Source: an uncultured Alphaproteobacteria bacterium
GTDB lineage: Bacteria > Pseudomonadota > Alphaproteobacteria > Rhizobiales > Xanthobacteraceae
Assembly (NCBI GenBank): GCA_963756805.1
Contig: CAVWPH010000012.1
Coordinates: 49,742-113,741 of the forward strand
DNA length: 64,000 nucleotides
Reading direction: 5' to 3'
The stretch's first letter is position 1, and each line of letters opens with the position of its first letter. Under the pieces are notes generated by a model. It did not search any database. It was not told where the DNA came from and saw only the letters and a list, made by a program, of their open reading frames with translations. The position numbers were made by a program, and so were the translations under genes. Positions 42,483 to 52,085 of the stretch are shown here, piece by piece.

Positions 42483-42575
42483 GTCATGCCCGGGCTTGAC
42501 GCCGGGCATCCACGTTTCGTCGGCAACAACGTTTCGATCGCTTGCATGGATTGCCGGGTCAAGCCCGGCAATGAC
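42483..42575. repeat. REP-like palindromic element, family C (GTCATGCCCGGGCTTG..CCGGGCATCCAC ... TGGAT..CCGGGTCAAGCCCGGCAATGAC)
   Basis: Inverted pair of hairpins; related copies at 45888, 54722 and 60571. Confidence 0.85.
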
Positions 42576-42586
42576 AGAGTGGGCGT

Positions 42587-43459
42587 ATGACGAAATCAGT
42601 CCTCGGCATCATCGGCGGCTCCGGCATCTACGATCTGCCGGGGCTCAAAAACGCGCGCGAGGAGCGCATCAAGAGCCCGTGGGGCGAGCCGTCGGGGCCT
42701 TTGCGCATCGGCGAGATCGACGGGCTGCCGGTGGTGTTCCTGTCGCGCCACGACAAAGGCCATCGCCTGTCGCCGTCCGACATCAACTACCGCGCCAATA
42801 TCGACGTCTTGAAGCGCGCCGGCGTCACCGATCTGGTGTCGCTGTCGGCCTGCGGCTCGTTCAAGGAGGATATGCCGCCGGGCACCTTCGTGCTGGTCGA
42901 CCAGTTCGTCGACCGCACGCACAAGCGCGAGAGCTCGTTCTTCGGCAAAGGCATGGTCGCGCACGTGTCGATGGCGCACCCCATTTCGCCGCGCCTGAGC
43001 GCGCGCATCGGGGAAGCCGCGCTCAAGGAAGGCATCGAGCCGAAATTCGGCGGCACCTATGTGTGCATGGAAGGCCCGCAATTCTCCAGTTACGCCGAAA
43101 GCATGACCTACAAGACGCTCGGCTATTCGGTGATCGGCATGACCAACATGCCGGAGGCCAAGCTCGCGCGCGAAGCCGAGCTTTGCTACGCCTCGGTCGC
43201 CATGGTGACCGATTTCGACTGCTGGCATCCCGACCATGACGCGGTGACGGTGCAAGACATCATCAAGGTGCTCAACGACAATGCCGAGCGGGCCAAGCGC
43301 CTGGTGCTGCGGCTGGCGAAAGATTTTCCGCGCGAGCACGAGGCCTGTCCCATCGGCTCGGACCGCGCGCTCGACACCGCGCTGATCACCGCGCCGGAAG
43401 CGCGCGATCCTGAATTGCTCAAAAAACTCGACGCGGTGGCGGGAAGGGTGTTGAAATAA
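42587..43459 (+). CDS. mtnP: S-methyl-5'-thioadenosine phosphorylase
   Basis: GIIGGSG, EGPQFS, IGMT, VTDFDCWH. Confidence 0.92.
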   Translation: MTKSVLGIIGGSGIYDLPGLKNAREERIKSPWGEPSGPLRIGEIDGLPVVFLSRHDKGHRLSPSDINYRANIDVLKRAGVTDLVSLSACGSFKEDMPPGTFVLVDQFVDRTHKRESSFFGKGMVAHVSMAHPISPRLSARIGEAALKEGIEPKFGGTYVCMEGPQFSSYAESMTYKTLGYSVIGMTNMPEAKLAREAELCYASVAMVTDFDCWHPDHDAVTVQDIIKVLNDNAERAKRLVLRLAKDFPREHEACPIGSDRALDTALITAPEARDPELLKKLDAVAGRVLK

Positions 43460-43516
43460 ATTACATTCGACTTAAAGCTGCTTGCTAAAGTTTCTTGGAC
43501 AACAACGGAGGAACCG

Positions 43517-43711
43517 ATGCCCGAAGTCACCATCAATCTCGCCGCCGGCCGCAGCAACGAGCAGAAGAAGAACTTGATGCTCGAGATCACGCAAGCCGTC
43601 ATGAAGAACTGCAACGTGCCCGCCGACGCCGTCGTCGTTCAGATCAACGAGGCGCAGCTCATCAACAAGATGAAGGGCGGCCAGACCTTCGAAGAGCGCT
43701 TGAAGAAGTAG
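43517..43711 (+). CDS. 4-oxalocrotonate tautomerase family protein
   Basis: 64 aa, catalytic Pro after Met1, GRSNEQK; GGAGG RBS. Confidence 0.85.
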   Translation: MPEVTINLAAGRSNEQKKNLMLEITQAVMKNCNVPADAVVVQINEAQLINKMKGGQTFEERLKK

Positions 43712-43730
43712 CCGGAGGCTCGCAAGCGCC

Positions 43731-44117
43731 GTGCGTGTGGTCGACGTCGAGAAGCAGGCAGAGGAGGAATGGCGTCCCGGCGTGAGGACGCGGATGCTCG
43801 CCTCGACCGCGAATGGCGCGACGCAACTCTGCCTGTTCGAACAATGGTGCGAGCCGGGGCACGGTGCGCCCACCCATCTGCACGCGGTCGAGGAAGTGCT
43901 GCGCGTCATGGAAGGGCAGGCCGACGTGTGGATCGAAGACACCCACGTCACGCTGACCGCCGGGCAATTGGCGATCGTTCCCGCCGGCCGCAAGCACGGT
44001 TTTTCCAACAGCGGCACCACCACGCTGCACATCGCATCGACGCTTGCCTCGCCGGTGTTTGAGGCGGCTTACGATGACAAGCGCGAGACGCCGCGGCGCT
44101 GGCTACCGGTTAAGTGA
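43731..44117 (+). CDS. Cupin domain protein
   Basis: PTHLHAVEE and PAGRKHGF cupin motifs. Confidence 0.85.
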   Translation: MRVVDVEKQAEEEWRPGVRTRMLASTANGATQLCLFEQWCEPGHGAPTHLHAVEEVLRVMEGQADVWIEDTHVTLTAGQLAIVPAGRKHGFSNSGTTTLHIASTLASPVFEAAYDDKRETPRRWLPVK

Positions 44118-44124
44118 GGATTAA

Positions 44125-44673
44125 ATGACATCTCCCGCCCTCGAAAACGATCTCAAGGCCTCCATCCGCACGATCCCGGATTATCCCAAGCCCGGCATCA
44201 TGTTCCGCGACATCACGACGCTGCTGGGCAATGCGCGCGCCTTCCGCCGCGCCGTGGACGAGCTGGTGCAGCCCTGGGCCGGCATGAAGATCGACAAGGT
44301 CGCCGGCATCGAGGCGCGCGGCTTCATCCTCGGCGGCGCGGTGGCGCATCAGGTGTCGGCCGGCTTCATCCCGATCCGCAAGAAGGGCAAGCTGCCGCAC
44401 ACCACGGTGCGCATCGCCTATTCGCTGGAATACGGACTGGACGAGATGGAGATGCACGAGGACGCGGTGAAAAAAGGCGAGCGCGTCGTCCTGGTGGACG
44501 ATTTGATCGCCACCGGCGGCACGGCCGAAGGCGCGGTGAAGCTTCTGCGCCAGATGGGCGCCGAGGTCTTGGCCGCGTGTTTCGTCATCGATCTGCCGGA
44601 ACTGGGCGGCGCCGCCAAGCTGCGCAAGATGGACGTGCCGGTGCGCACGCTCATTTCATTCGAGGGGCATTAG
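44125..44673 (+). CDS. apt: Adenine phosphoribosyltransferase
   Basis: [35 protein letters not shown]. Confidence 0.96.
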   Translation: MTSPALENDLKASIRTIPDYPKPGIMFRDITTLLGNARAFRRAVDELVQPWAGMKIDKVAGIEARGFILGGAVAHQVSAGFIPIRKKGKLPHTTVRIAYSLEYGLDEMEMHEDAVKKGERVVLVDDLIATGGTAEGAVKLLRQMGAEVLAACFVIDLPELGGAAKLRKMDVPVRTLISFEGH

Positions 44674-44683
44674 CGCGGGCGGT

Positions 44684-45866
44684 CTAGTTCTGCCGCGGTC
44701 CCCACGGGCCGGCGCCGCCAGGAACCGGCGCGCTTGGTTGCGCCGGTTCGCCCCAAGGCCCGGGCGCCTGCGTGCCGGGCGCAGGTCCCCAAGGACCGCC
44801 ATCGCTGTCGCCTGCTTGCGCTTCGCCTTGTGCTTCGCCTTGCGCGGGCTCGCTGCCGAATGGTGCATGCGATGCAAGCGCCAGAGGCCCTGGATCGTGG
44901 CCGCCGGCGAATTTCACCAGCGCTTCCACGCGTTTCTCCACCGACGGGTGGGTGTCGAAAATATTGGAAAATCCCTCGCGCGGATTGTCGATGCACATTT
45001 CCATCACGGCGGAATTGGCGCTCGCGATTTCGCCGCGGCCCTCGATCTTGCGCAGTGCCGAGATCATGGCATCGGGGTTCTTGGTCAATTCGACGGAGCC
45101 TGCGTCGGCGAGATATTCGCGCTGGCGCGAAAGCGCGAAGCGGATGACGATGGATAAAATCCAGACCAGCGCGATCAAGGCGAGCGCGATGACGATGGCA
45201 ACGCCGGCGCCGCCCTTGCGGTCGCCGTCGCCGCCCGAGCGCCTGCCGCCGCCCCAGAACATGTTCTGGAAGAAGATGCGGAACACCATTTCGCCGAAGA
45301 ACGACAAGACGCCTGCGATCACCACCGCGATCACCAGCATGCGCACGTCGCCGTTGCGGATGTGGGTGAGTTCGTGGCCGAGGACGGCTTCGAGTCTCCT
45401 GGTCGTTGAGCGCATCGATCAGGCCTTGCGTGACGGTGATCGAATATTGTTTTTCATTGAGCCCGGTGGCGAAGGCATTGAGCGCCTGGTCGTCGGCGAC
45501 GCGCAGCGTCGGCGTGGTGATGCCGCGCGAGATGCACAGATTTTCCAGGATATTATAAAGCCGCGGCTCTTCCTTGCGGCTGACCAGCCGCGCGCCCGTC
45601 ACGGCATCGATCATCGATTGGTGGAAGCGATAGGCGATCAGGATCCAGATCACGGCGCCGACGGTCGCGAACGGTGCGGCTTTGACGAAATCGAAGACCG
45701 CGGCGTGGATGAGATAATCGAGCGGCGCGCGTCTGGCCATGAGCGCTTCGGCCAGCAGCGCGCCGGCGAACACCAGCACATAGACCAGAAAGAACAGGCC
45801 GATCAGCAGCGCGATCGAGCGGCGCTTGTTCGACTGGATATGCGTATAGAGACCGTAGGAGGCCAT
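44684..45866 (-). CDS. M48 family metalloprotease, HtpX-like (frameshift near 45395)
   Basis: NAFATG, HELTH, SRQREYLAD, THP; downstream of lemA. Confidence 0.88.
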
Positions 45867-45887
45867 GAAATCCTGAACCTTGCAAGT

Positions 45888-45972
45888 CGCCATGAGCCGG
45901 GCTGCGTCCCGGCCGTCCACGCCTTACTTTGTAGCCAAGGCGCGGATGCCCGGCCCAAGGCCAGGCATGACG
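45888..45972. repeat. REP-like element, family C (degenerate)
   Basis: CCGGGC..CCCGGCCGTCCAC ... GCGGATGCCCGG..GGCATGACG. Confidence 0.7.
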
Positions 45973-45979
45973 GGAAAAA

Positions 45980-46543
45980 TCAGAACTTCACGCTCGGCGC
46001 TTGCTCGAGTTGCGCCCGCTGATCGCCGACGTCGAAGAACTCGCGCTGCGAGAAGCCGAACATGGCGGCGAACAGCGCCGCGGGGAATTGCTGGATGCCG
46101 GTGTTGTATTCCTGCACCGCGTTGTTGAAGAAGCGGCGCGAGGCTGCGAGCTTGTTCTCGATGTCGGAGAGATCCGACTGCAGCTGCTGGAAGTTCGCAT
46201 TGGCTTTCAGGTTCGGATAATTTTCCGACAGCGCGAACAACTGGCGCAGTGCGCCGGACAACATGTTCTCGGCCGCCACCTTCTGCTCGACGCCGGGGGC
46301 GGCGATGGCGGCGTTGCGCGCCTTGACCACGGCTTCCAAGGTTCCCGCCTCGTGCGCGGCATAGCCCTTCACCGTCTCCACCAGATTGGGGATCAGGTCG
46401 TGGCGCTGCTTGAGCTGGACGTCGATGTCGGCGAAGGCCTGATTGGTCCTCTGCCGCATGGCGATGAGGCCGTTGTAGATGCTGATCGCCCAGATAACGA
46501 TGACGACAATGACGCCAATGATGATCCAGCCGGTGGTGGTCAT
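45980..46543 (-). CDS. lemA: LemA family protein
   Basis: IDVQLKQRHDLIPNLV, ENYPNLKA, RRFFN. Confidence 0.92.
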   Translation of the reverse strand: MTTTGWIIIGVIVVIVIWAISIYNGLIAMRQRTNQAFADIDVQLKQRHDLIPNLVETVKGYAAHEAGTLEAVVKARNAAIAAPGVEQKVAAENMLSGALRQLFALSENYPNLKANANFQQLQSDLSDIENKLAASRRFFNNAVQEYNTGIQQFPAALFAAMFGFSQREFFDVGDQRAQLEQAPSVKF

Positions 46544-46711
46544 GGGGGCAGCTCCAAAAGGGGGCAAAGACGGGAATTGGACGGAACAAGCTTATCCTAG
46601 ATGGGCAGCGCGCCGCTAACGGCAACCGGGTAGGGGTGCCGCGCGCAGGAAACTTTTATTTTGTCGCCGCTCGGAACCGGAAGGTTCACGGCTAACTGGC
46701 TGTGCGCCAAT

Positions 46712-46744
46712 AAAAAAAGACCCCGAGCTTGCGCTCGGGGTCTT
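46712..46744 (-). terminator. Rho-independent terminator of the candidate sRNA
   Basis: GACCCCGAGC-GCAA-GCTCGGGGTC followed by TTTTTTT on the minus strand. Confidence 0.85.
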
Positions 46745-46800
46745 ATCGCCAGACGGCTATTCGGGGGGTAAGGGGGGAGCCGCCCGGCTGAAACACACGA
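46712..46800 (-). ncRNA. Candidate sigma-EcfG-dependent small RNA with C-rich loop (GsrN-like architecture)
   Basis: Promoter motif upstream, 11-bp stem with a CCCCCCUUACCCCCC loop, terminator hairpin with U7; no ORF. Confidence 0.65.
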
Positions 46801-46806
46801 CCCAAT

Positions 46807-46831
46807 AACGCGACGGCCAGCCGTTGGTTCC
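46807..46831 (-). promoter_or_regulatory. Sigma-EcfG (SigT/RpoE2) promoter GGAAC-N16-CGTT
   Basis: Exact match to the alphaproteobacterial general-stress sigma consensus. Confidence 0.75.
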
Positions 46832-46949
46832 TTAAGCTTGCGGCGATCACCTAGACGTTATCCACAAGGGGGCCGGCCCGCCTTTTGGCGGACACGATCC
46901 AGAGGTTCCATTCCGGCGCTGGGCTAAATCAAGCGGAGGGGGTGTCTGC

Positions 46950-47169
46950 ATGAGTTCGGTGATGATCAAGTGCCCCAATACCGGCCGTTCGGTCTCGACC
47001 GAAATCGAGACCGAGCCGAGCGTGTTCCACAAGCTGCCAAAGGTGCCGGCGCGGATGGTCTGCCCGGCCTGCGGGCAGGAGCATGTGTTCATGACGAGTT
47101 CCGCCTGGCTCGCCGGCGAGCCGCGGATCGTGACGAACGGGGCAAGGCCGGAAGTCAGCGGTCGCTTAA
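46950..47169 (+). CDS. Small Cys/His protein, putative zinc ribbon (true stop probably TAA 47167-47169)
   Basis: GGAGG RBS; IKCPNTG..CPACGQEH..AW; ORF overruns into smc, probably because of an indel. Confidence 0.65.
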
Positions 47170-50100
47170 CCCGCTTCTTTGAACCGCACCGCCGCTTCCA
47201 GATCCACCGACACCAATTGCGACACGCCGCGCTCGGCCATGGTGACGCCGTAGAGCCTGCTCATGCGCGCCATGGTGATCGGGTTGTGCGTGATGATGAC
47301 GAAGCGCGTATCGGTTGACCGGGTCATCTCGTCGAGCAGATCGCAGAAGCGCTCCACGTTGTGATCGTCGAGCGGGGCGTCCACTTCGTCCAGCACGCAG
47401 ATCGGCGCCGGATTGGTGAGGAACACCGCAAAAATCAGCGCCAGCGCGGTGAGCGCCTGCTCGCCGCCCGAGAGCAGCGACAGCGTCGAAGGCTTCTTGC
47501 CCGGGGGCTTGGCCATGATCTCAAGGCCGGCCTCGAGCGGATCGTCGCTTTCGATCAATTGCAGTTCGGCCGTGCCGCCGCCGAACAGCTCCGTGAACAG
47601 ATGCTGGAAGTGCTTGTTCACCAGTTGGAACGAGGCCAGCAGCCGCTCGCGCGCCTCGCGGTTGAGGCTCTGGATGCCGAGGCGCAGTTTCTTGATCGCC
47701 TCGACCAGATCGTCGCGCTCGGTGGTGAGCGAGGTGTGCTGGGTTTCGATGTCGCTGAGCTCTTCCTCGGCGCGCAAATTGACCGCACCCAGCCGCTCGC
47801 GCTCGCGCCGCAGCCGCTCCAGCCGCTCCTCGATCTCGGCCATATCCGGCAATTCCTCGCCGGCCTTCACGCCGGCCAATTCGGCGACGCCCGCAGGCTC
47901 GATCTCCAGCATGTCGCGGATTTCGCGGCCGATATCGGAAAGCCTGCGTTTGGCGCCCTCGAAGCGCTCCTCGGCGCGCGCCAGTTCCTCGCGCGCAGCG
48001 CTGGCCGCTTCCAAGGCGGCGCGGCCGTCGCGGTCGGCTTCGGCAAGCCGCGTCTCGGCCGCCTGCAAACGATCGGCGCAGGCGCGGCGGGCCGCTTCCG
48101 CGGTCTGAATTTCGCCGATCAGCGCCTGCCGCTTGCCGGCGAAAACCTGCGGCGCGTTTTCAAGCTCGGCGCGGTCGCGTTTGGCTTCGGCGATGCGTTG
48201 CTCAAGCGTTTTGATCTGGTTGCCGGCGCTCTCGCTCCGCTCGGCCCAGCCGGCTTTGTCGGTGGCGAGCGATGCCAGGCGCCGGTCGGCGAGTTCGGCC
48301 TCGCGCACGATCGCCTGCTGTTCGGCGCGCACCTCGGCAAGTTTTGAGCGCTTGCCGGCAATATCGTCGCGCACCGAAGCAAGCTTGCCCTCGAGATCGC
48401 CGGCGGGCGCCAACGCGCCCAGCGCGCGCTCGGCTTCGGCCTTGGCGCCGGTCGCCTCGTTACGGCTCGAAATCAGCCGGCTGCGCGCCTCGGTGAGGGC
48501 AGATAGCCGCGCCGCTTGCCGGTTGAGGTCACGCTCGCGCGCGCGCGTTTCGATTTCCGTGCTGCTGGCGGCATGGAAGGTCGCCTGCGCCGATTCCAGG
48601 GTGCGATGCTTTTCCGCGATCTCAGCGCGGGCGGCGCCGAGTTCGCCGTCGATTTCGGCGATACGGCTGCGATGCGCCAGGCGCTGAGCAGCGCCGGTCG
48701 GCGCGTGCGCCGCCGCAACGAAGCCGTCCCAGCGCCACAGGTCGCCCTCGCGCGACACCAGCCGCTGGCCGGCCTTGAGGGAGCCTGCAAGTTTTGCGGC
48801 CGCCGCGCGGTTGACCACGCCGATCTGTTTGAGACGGCGCGCGAGTTGCGCCGGCGCCTTGACGTAATCGGTGAGCGGCTCGGCGCCGGCGGGCAAGGCC
48901 GGATCGCTGGCGTCGGCTGCGACCGCGCTCCAATGCATCGGCGCCGAGGCGTCGACCGGTGCGTCGAGATCGTCGCCCAAGGCTGCGCCCAGCGCCTTCT
49001 CGTAACCCTTCTCGACCGACACATGGTCGATGACCGGCGGCCACAGATTGCGGGTCTCGAGCGCCAGCATTTTGCCGAGCGTCTTTGCCTCGGTTTCCAG
49101 CCGCTGCACGCGCTTTTCGGATTCGGCGAGGCTCGCGCGCGCGGCTTCGAGATCGGCGCGCGCATTGTTGTGCGCGGCTTCGGCGGCAATGGCGGCGGCT
49201 TCCGCTTCGGTGAGCGCGGCCTGCGTGCCTTCGACCGCGGCGGCGAGCGGGGCGTTATCGGCGCTTTTGAGCGTTGCAAGCTCGCGCTCGATGGCCTCGA
49301 TCTCGCCGGCAACGCGGCTCACGCGCTCGGCCTGCTCGCGGGCGGCATTCTCGAAACGGCTGCGCTGGGCGGTCAGGTCGGCGAGCGCGGTGGTAACGTC
49401 GGAGAAAACCTTCTCGGCGGCGGCAAGCTCGCCGTCGGCTTCGGCGAGGCGCCGATCGACCCCGCTGCGGCGGCCGGCGCTTTCGCGCGTTTCTTTGCGG
49501 ATGGTTTCTTCTTCGGCGGCGAGCTTGTCGAGCGCTGCCTGCGCGTCGGCGGCGAGTTTCTGCTCGCGCTCGATGTCGGCCGCGAATTGCTTGAGGCGCA
49601 GATCGAGTTCGGCGATGCGGTCCTTGGCGCGCTGCTCTTCGCGGTCGAGGTCCTGCTGGGCGACGTTAAGGCGATGCAGGGCGGCGCCCGCGCGCGCCTC
49701 GGCCTCGCGCAATTCCGGCAGCGCGGCTGCCGCCAGCGCCTGGCGTTTGGACGCTTCGGCTTCGGCGCCGGTGCGGTCGGCAACCGTTCGCACGCACAAA
49801 TCCTTGGTGCGTTCGGCTTCGCTGACGTCGTTGGTCGCCGCGCTCCAGCGCAAATGATAGAGCGTTGCTTCCGCCTTGCGCACTTGCCCCGACACGGTGC
49901 GGTAGCGGATTGCCTGACGCGCTTGTTTCTTCAAACCGTCGATCTGGGCCGCCAACTGGCCGATCACGTCTTCCAGCCGCAGCAAATTGGTTTCTGCCGC
50001 CTTGAGCCGCAGTTCGGCCTCGTGGCGGCGGGCATGCAGGCCGGCGACGCCGGCGGCTTCTTCCAATACGCGGCGGCGCTGCTCGGGCTTGGCCTGGATG

Positions 50101-50555
50101 ATCTCGCCGATGCGGCCCTGATGGACGAGGGCCGGCGAGCGCGCGCCGGTGGAGGCGTCGGCAAACACGATCTGCACGTCGCGGGCGCGCACTTCGCGGC
50201 CGTTGATGCGGTAGGTGGAGCCGGCCTCGCGCTCGATGCGGCGCGCGATATCGAGCGTATCCTGGTCGTTGAAGGCGGACGGCGCCGAGCGCTCGGCATT
50301 ATCGATGGTGATGGCGACTTCGGCATTGTTGCGCGCGGGGCGCGAATTGGAGCCGGAGAAGATCACCTCGTCCATCGAGGAGGCGCGCATGGATTTGTAG
50401 GAGGACTCTCCCATCACCCAGCGCAGCGCCTCGACCAGATTGGACTTGCCGCAGCCGTTCGGCCCGACCACGCCGGTCAGCCCCGGCTCGATCAGGAAAT
50501 CGGTCGGCTCGACGAACGACTTGAACCCGGTGAGGCGCAGCCGAGTGAGCTTCAT
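47166..50555 (-). CDS. smc: Chromosome segregation protein SMC
   Basis: GFKSF, GPNGCGKSN, long coiled coils, hinge, LSGGE, LDEVDAPLD. Confidence 0.96.
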   Translation of the reverse strand: MKLTRLRLTGFKSFVEPTDFLIEPGLTGVVGPNGCGKSNLVEALRWVMGESSYKSMRASSMDEVIFSGSNSRPARNNAEVAITIDNAERSAPSAFNDQDTLDIARRIEREAGSTYRINGREVRARDVQIVFADASTGARSPALVHQGRIGEIIQAKPEQRRRVLEEAAGVAGLHARRHEAELRLKAAETNLLRLEDVIGQLAAQIDGLKKQARQAIRYRTVSGQVRKAEATLYHLRWSAATNDVSEAERTKDLCVRTVADRTGAEAEASKRQALAAAALPELREAEARAGAALHRLNVAQQDLDREEQRAKDRIAELDLRLKQFAADIEREQKLAADAQAALDKLAAEEETIRKETRESAGRRSGVDRRLAEADGELAAAEKVFSDVTTALADLTAQRSRFENAAREQAERVSRVAGEIEAIERELATLKSADNAPLAAAVEGTQAALTEAEAAAIAAEAAHNNARADLEAARASLAESEKRVQRLETEAKTLGKMLALETRNLWPPVIDHVSVEKGYEKALGAALGDDLDAPVDASAPMHWSAVAADASDPALPAGAEPLTDYVKAPAQLARRLKQIGVVNRAAAAKLAGSLKAGQRLVSREGDLWRWDGFVAAAHAPTGAAQRLAHRSRIAEIDGELGAARAEIAEKHRTLESAQATFHAASSTEIETRARERDLNRQAARLSALTEARSRLISSRNEATGAKAEAERALGALAPAGDLEGKLASVRDDIAGKRSKLAEVRAEQQAIVREAELADRRLASLATDKAGWAERSESAGNQIKTLEQRIAEAKRDRAELENAPQVFAGKRQALIGEIQTAEAARRACADRLQAAETRLAEADRDGRAALEAASAAREELARAEERFEGAKRRLSDIGREIRDMLEIEPAGVAELAGVKAGEELPDMAEIEERLERLRRERERLGAVNLRAEEELSDIETQHTSLTTERDDLVEAIKKLRLGIQSLNREARERLLASFQLVNKHFQHLFTELFGGGTAELQLIESDDPLEAGLEIMAKPPGKKPSTLSLLSGGEQALTALALIFAVFLTNPAPICVLDEVDAPLDDHNVERFCDLLDEMTRSTDTRFVIITHNPITMARMSRLYGVTMAERGVSQLVSVDLEAAVRFKEAG

Positions 50556-50802
50556 GCGCGAGCTCCCGCAGGAACGCCCACTGATCGCGTCAGCTTGTGC
50601 ATTGAGGTCAGCATTCCGTTCCGGGCTTGGCCCGGACAATCGCTAAGTGCCGCATTGGCCGGGAGAATGAATAGCCGCGGCCACTTGAGCAACAGCGTTG
50701 CGACGGACGACGGCGGTTTTCCAGACCTTTCGCCATGACAGAGGGCGAAATTAGGGCCGGAACGGCTTCAAACGGCATTCCGGCCAGGCCGAAAAGCCCT
50801 TA

Positions 50803-51471
50803 TCAGCCCTTGAGATAGGGGTCGATTGCCTTGGACAATTCCTCGATCGACAGCGCGCCCACGTGCTGGGTGCCGTTGATGAAGAAAGTCGGCGTCGACT
50901 TGACCTTGAACTTGTCGATCGCGCGCTGGCGTATGCTTTCGATGCCTTCCAGGATCTTCTGATTCGACAGGCAATCGTCGAACGACTTCTCGGTGAAGCC
51001 GGTCTGCTTGGCGATGGCCAGCATCGGCGGGATCGGCTTTTCGACCGCCCATTGCTGCTGCTGGCGGAACAACGTGTCCACCATGGAGAAATATTTGCTC
51101 GAATCCGTCTCGCCGGAGCAGCGCGCCAGCATGAAGGCGGCCGCCGCCAATTGGTCGAGCGGGAATTCGCGGAAGATGTAGCGAACCTTGCCGGTGTCGA
51201 TGTATTTCTTCTTGAGTTCCGGGAAGGTGACTTCCTGGAAATGCGCGCAGTGCGGGCAGGTCATCGAGGCATATTCGACGACGGTGACCGGCGCCTTTTC
51301 GGAGCCCATGGCCATGTCGGGCAGCGCTTCCGGCTTCATCAGCTCGGCGGCGGTGACGTCCTGCGCCATCGCGGAGCCGGCAAAGCGCGGCAGCGCCGAG
51401 GAACCGAGGAGGGCGATGGTCAGCGCCAGCGTGGCGCTGCCCTGGCAAAATTCACGGCGGGTGATCGGCAA
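50803..51471 (-). CDS. DsbA family thiol-disulfide oxidoreductase with Tat signal
   Basis: TRREF, EYASMTCPHC, REFPLD, STPTFFING. Confidence 0.9.
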   Translation of the reverse strand: MPITRREFCQGSATLALTIALLGSSALPRFAGSAMAQDVTAAELMKPEALPDMAMGSEKAPVTVVEYASMTCPHCAHFQEVTFPELKKKYIDTGKVRYIFREFPLDQLAAAAFMLARCSGETDSSKYFSMVDTLFRQQQQWAVEKPIPPMLAIAKQTGFTEKSFDDCLSNQKILEGIESIRQRAIDKFKVKSTPTFFINGTQHVGALSIEELSKAIDPYLKG

Positions 51472-51575
51472 CTGAAACTCCGTGGGCTGAAAACCAAGCT
51501 TTACTCTGGCTTGTCGCTAGCTGGATAGCACAATTGTGGCAATGCCGCGCCGCCCTGCCAAGCCGCGGCAAAGGC

Positions 51576-52055
51576 TCAATTTTGCTTGATGGCGGCGCCC
51601 AGGCGGGCCAGCGCCTGGCGCAAGCTCTCATCCTCGATCTGAGGCAGACTTTCGGCGATGCGGGCGGTCGCTGCCGGATCGAGCGTTGGGGCTGCCTTGG
51701 CAGGCTCGGGACGGCGCAACGGGGCCTGGCGCAGGCCGATACGGCCGATCGCCTGCCAGCCGAAGAAGCGGTTGACCCGCTCCAGGATCACGGCCGAAAG
51801 GTGCTGGATTTCGATCGCGGCCGGGCCTTCCACCCGCAGCACCAAAGTGGCCGGTTCCGCCGCCGCCTCGCCCACCCCGCGCGGCCAGTTGATCTTGATC
51901 GGCTCGCTATGGGCGGCGATTTCCGTGCCCACAATGTCGGCCCAGCGGGCGATGATTTCGGTGGAGGCAAAGCCCTGGCGCTTGAGCACGTCGCTCAAGG
52001 TCGCGCCCGAGAACTCGGAAAGCGGCCGGGGAAAACTGCGCGCGGGCTTGCTCAT
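51576..52055 (-). CDS. DUF721 / DciA family protein
   Basis: WADIVG, AIEIQH, RVNRFFG; usual position between dsbA and mutY. Confidence 0.82.
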   Translation of the reverse strand: MSKPARSFPRPLSEFSGATLSDVLKRQGFASTEIIARWADIVGTEIAAHSEPIKINWPRGVGEAAAEPATLVLRVEGPAAIEIQHLSAVILERVNRFFGWQAIGRIGLRQAPLRRPEPAKAAPTLDPAATARIAESLPQIEDESLRQALARLGAAIKQN

Positions 52056-52085
52056 ATAGGGTGGCCTTGTGCCATCGTTGGCGCC

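Noticed and set aside
47166-50555. SMC as a Wadjet/Lamassu-type defence ATPase
   Set aside because: Canonical hinge-containing SMC in the usual mutY-DUF721-dsbA-smc context, without jet or lmu partners.
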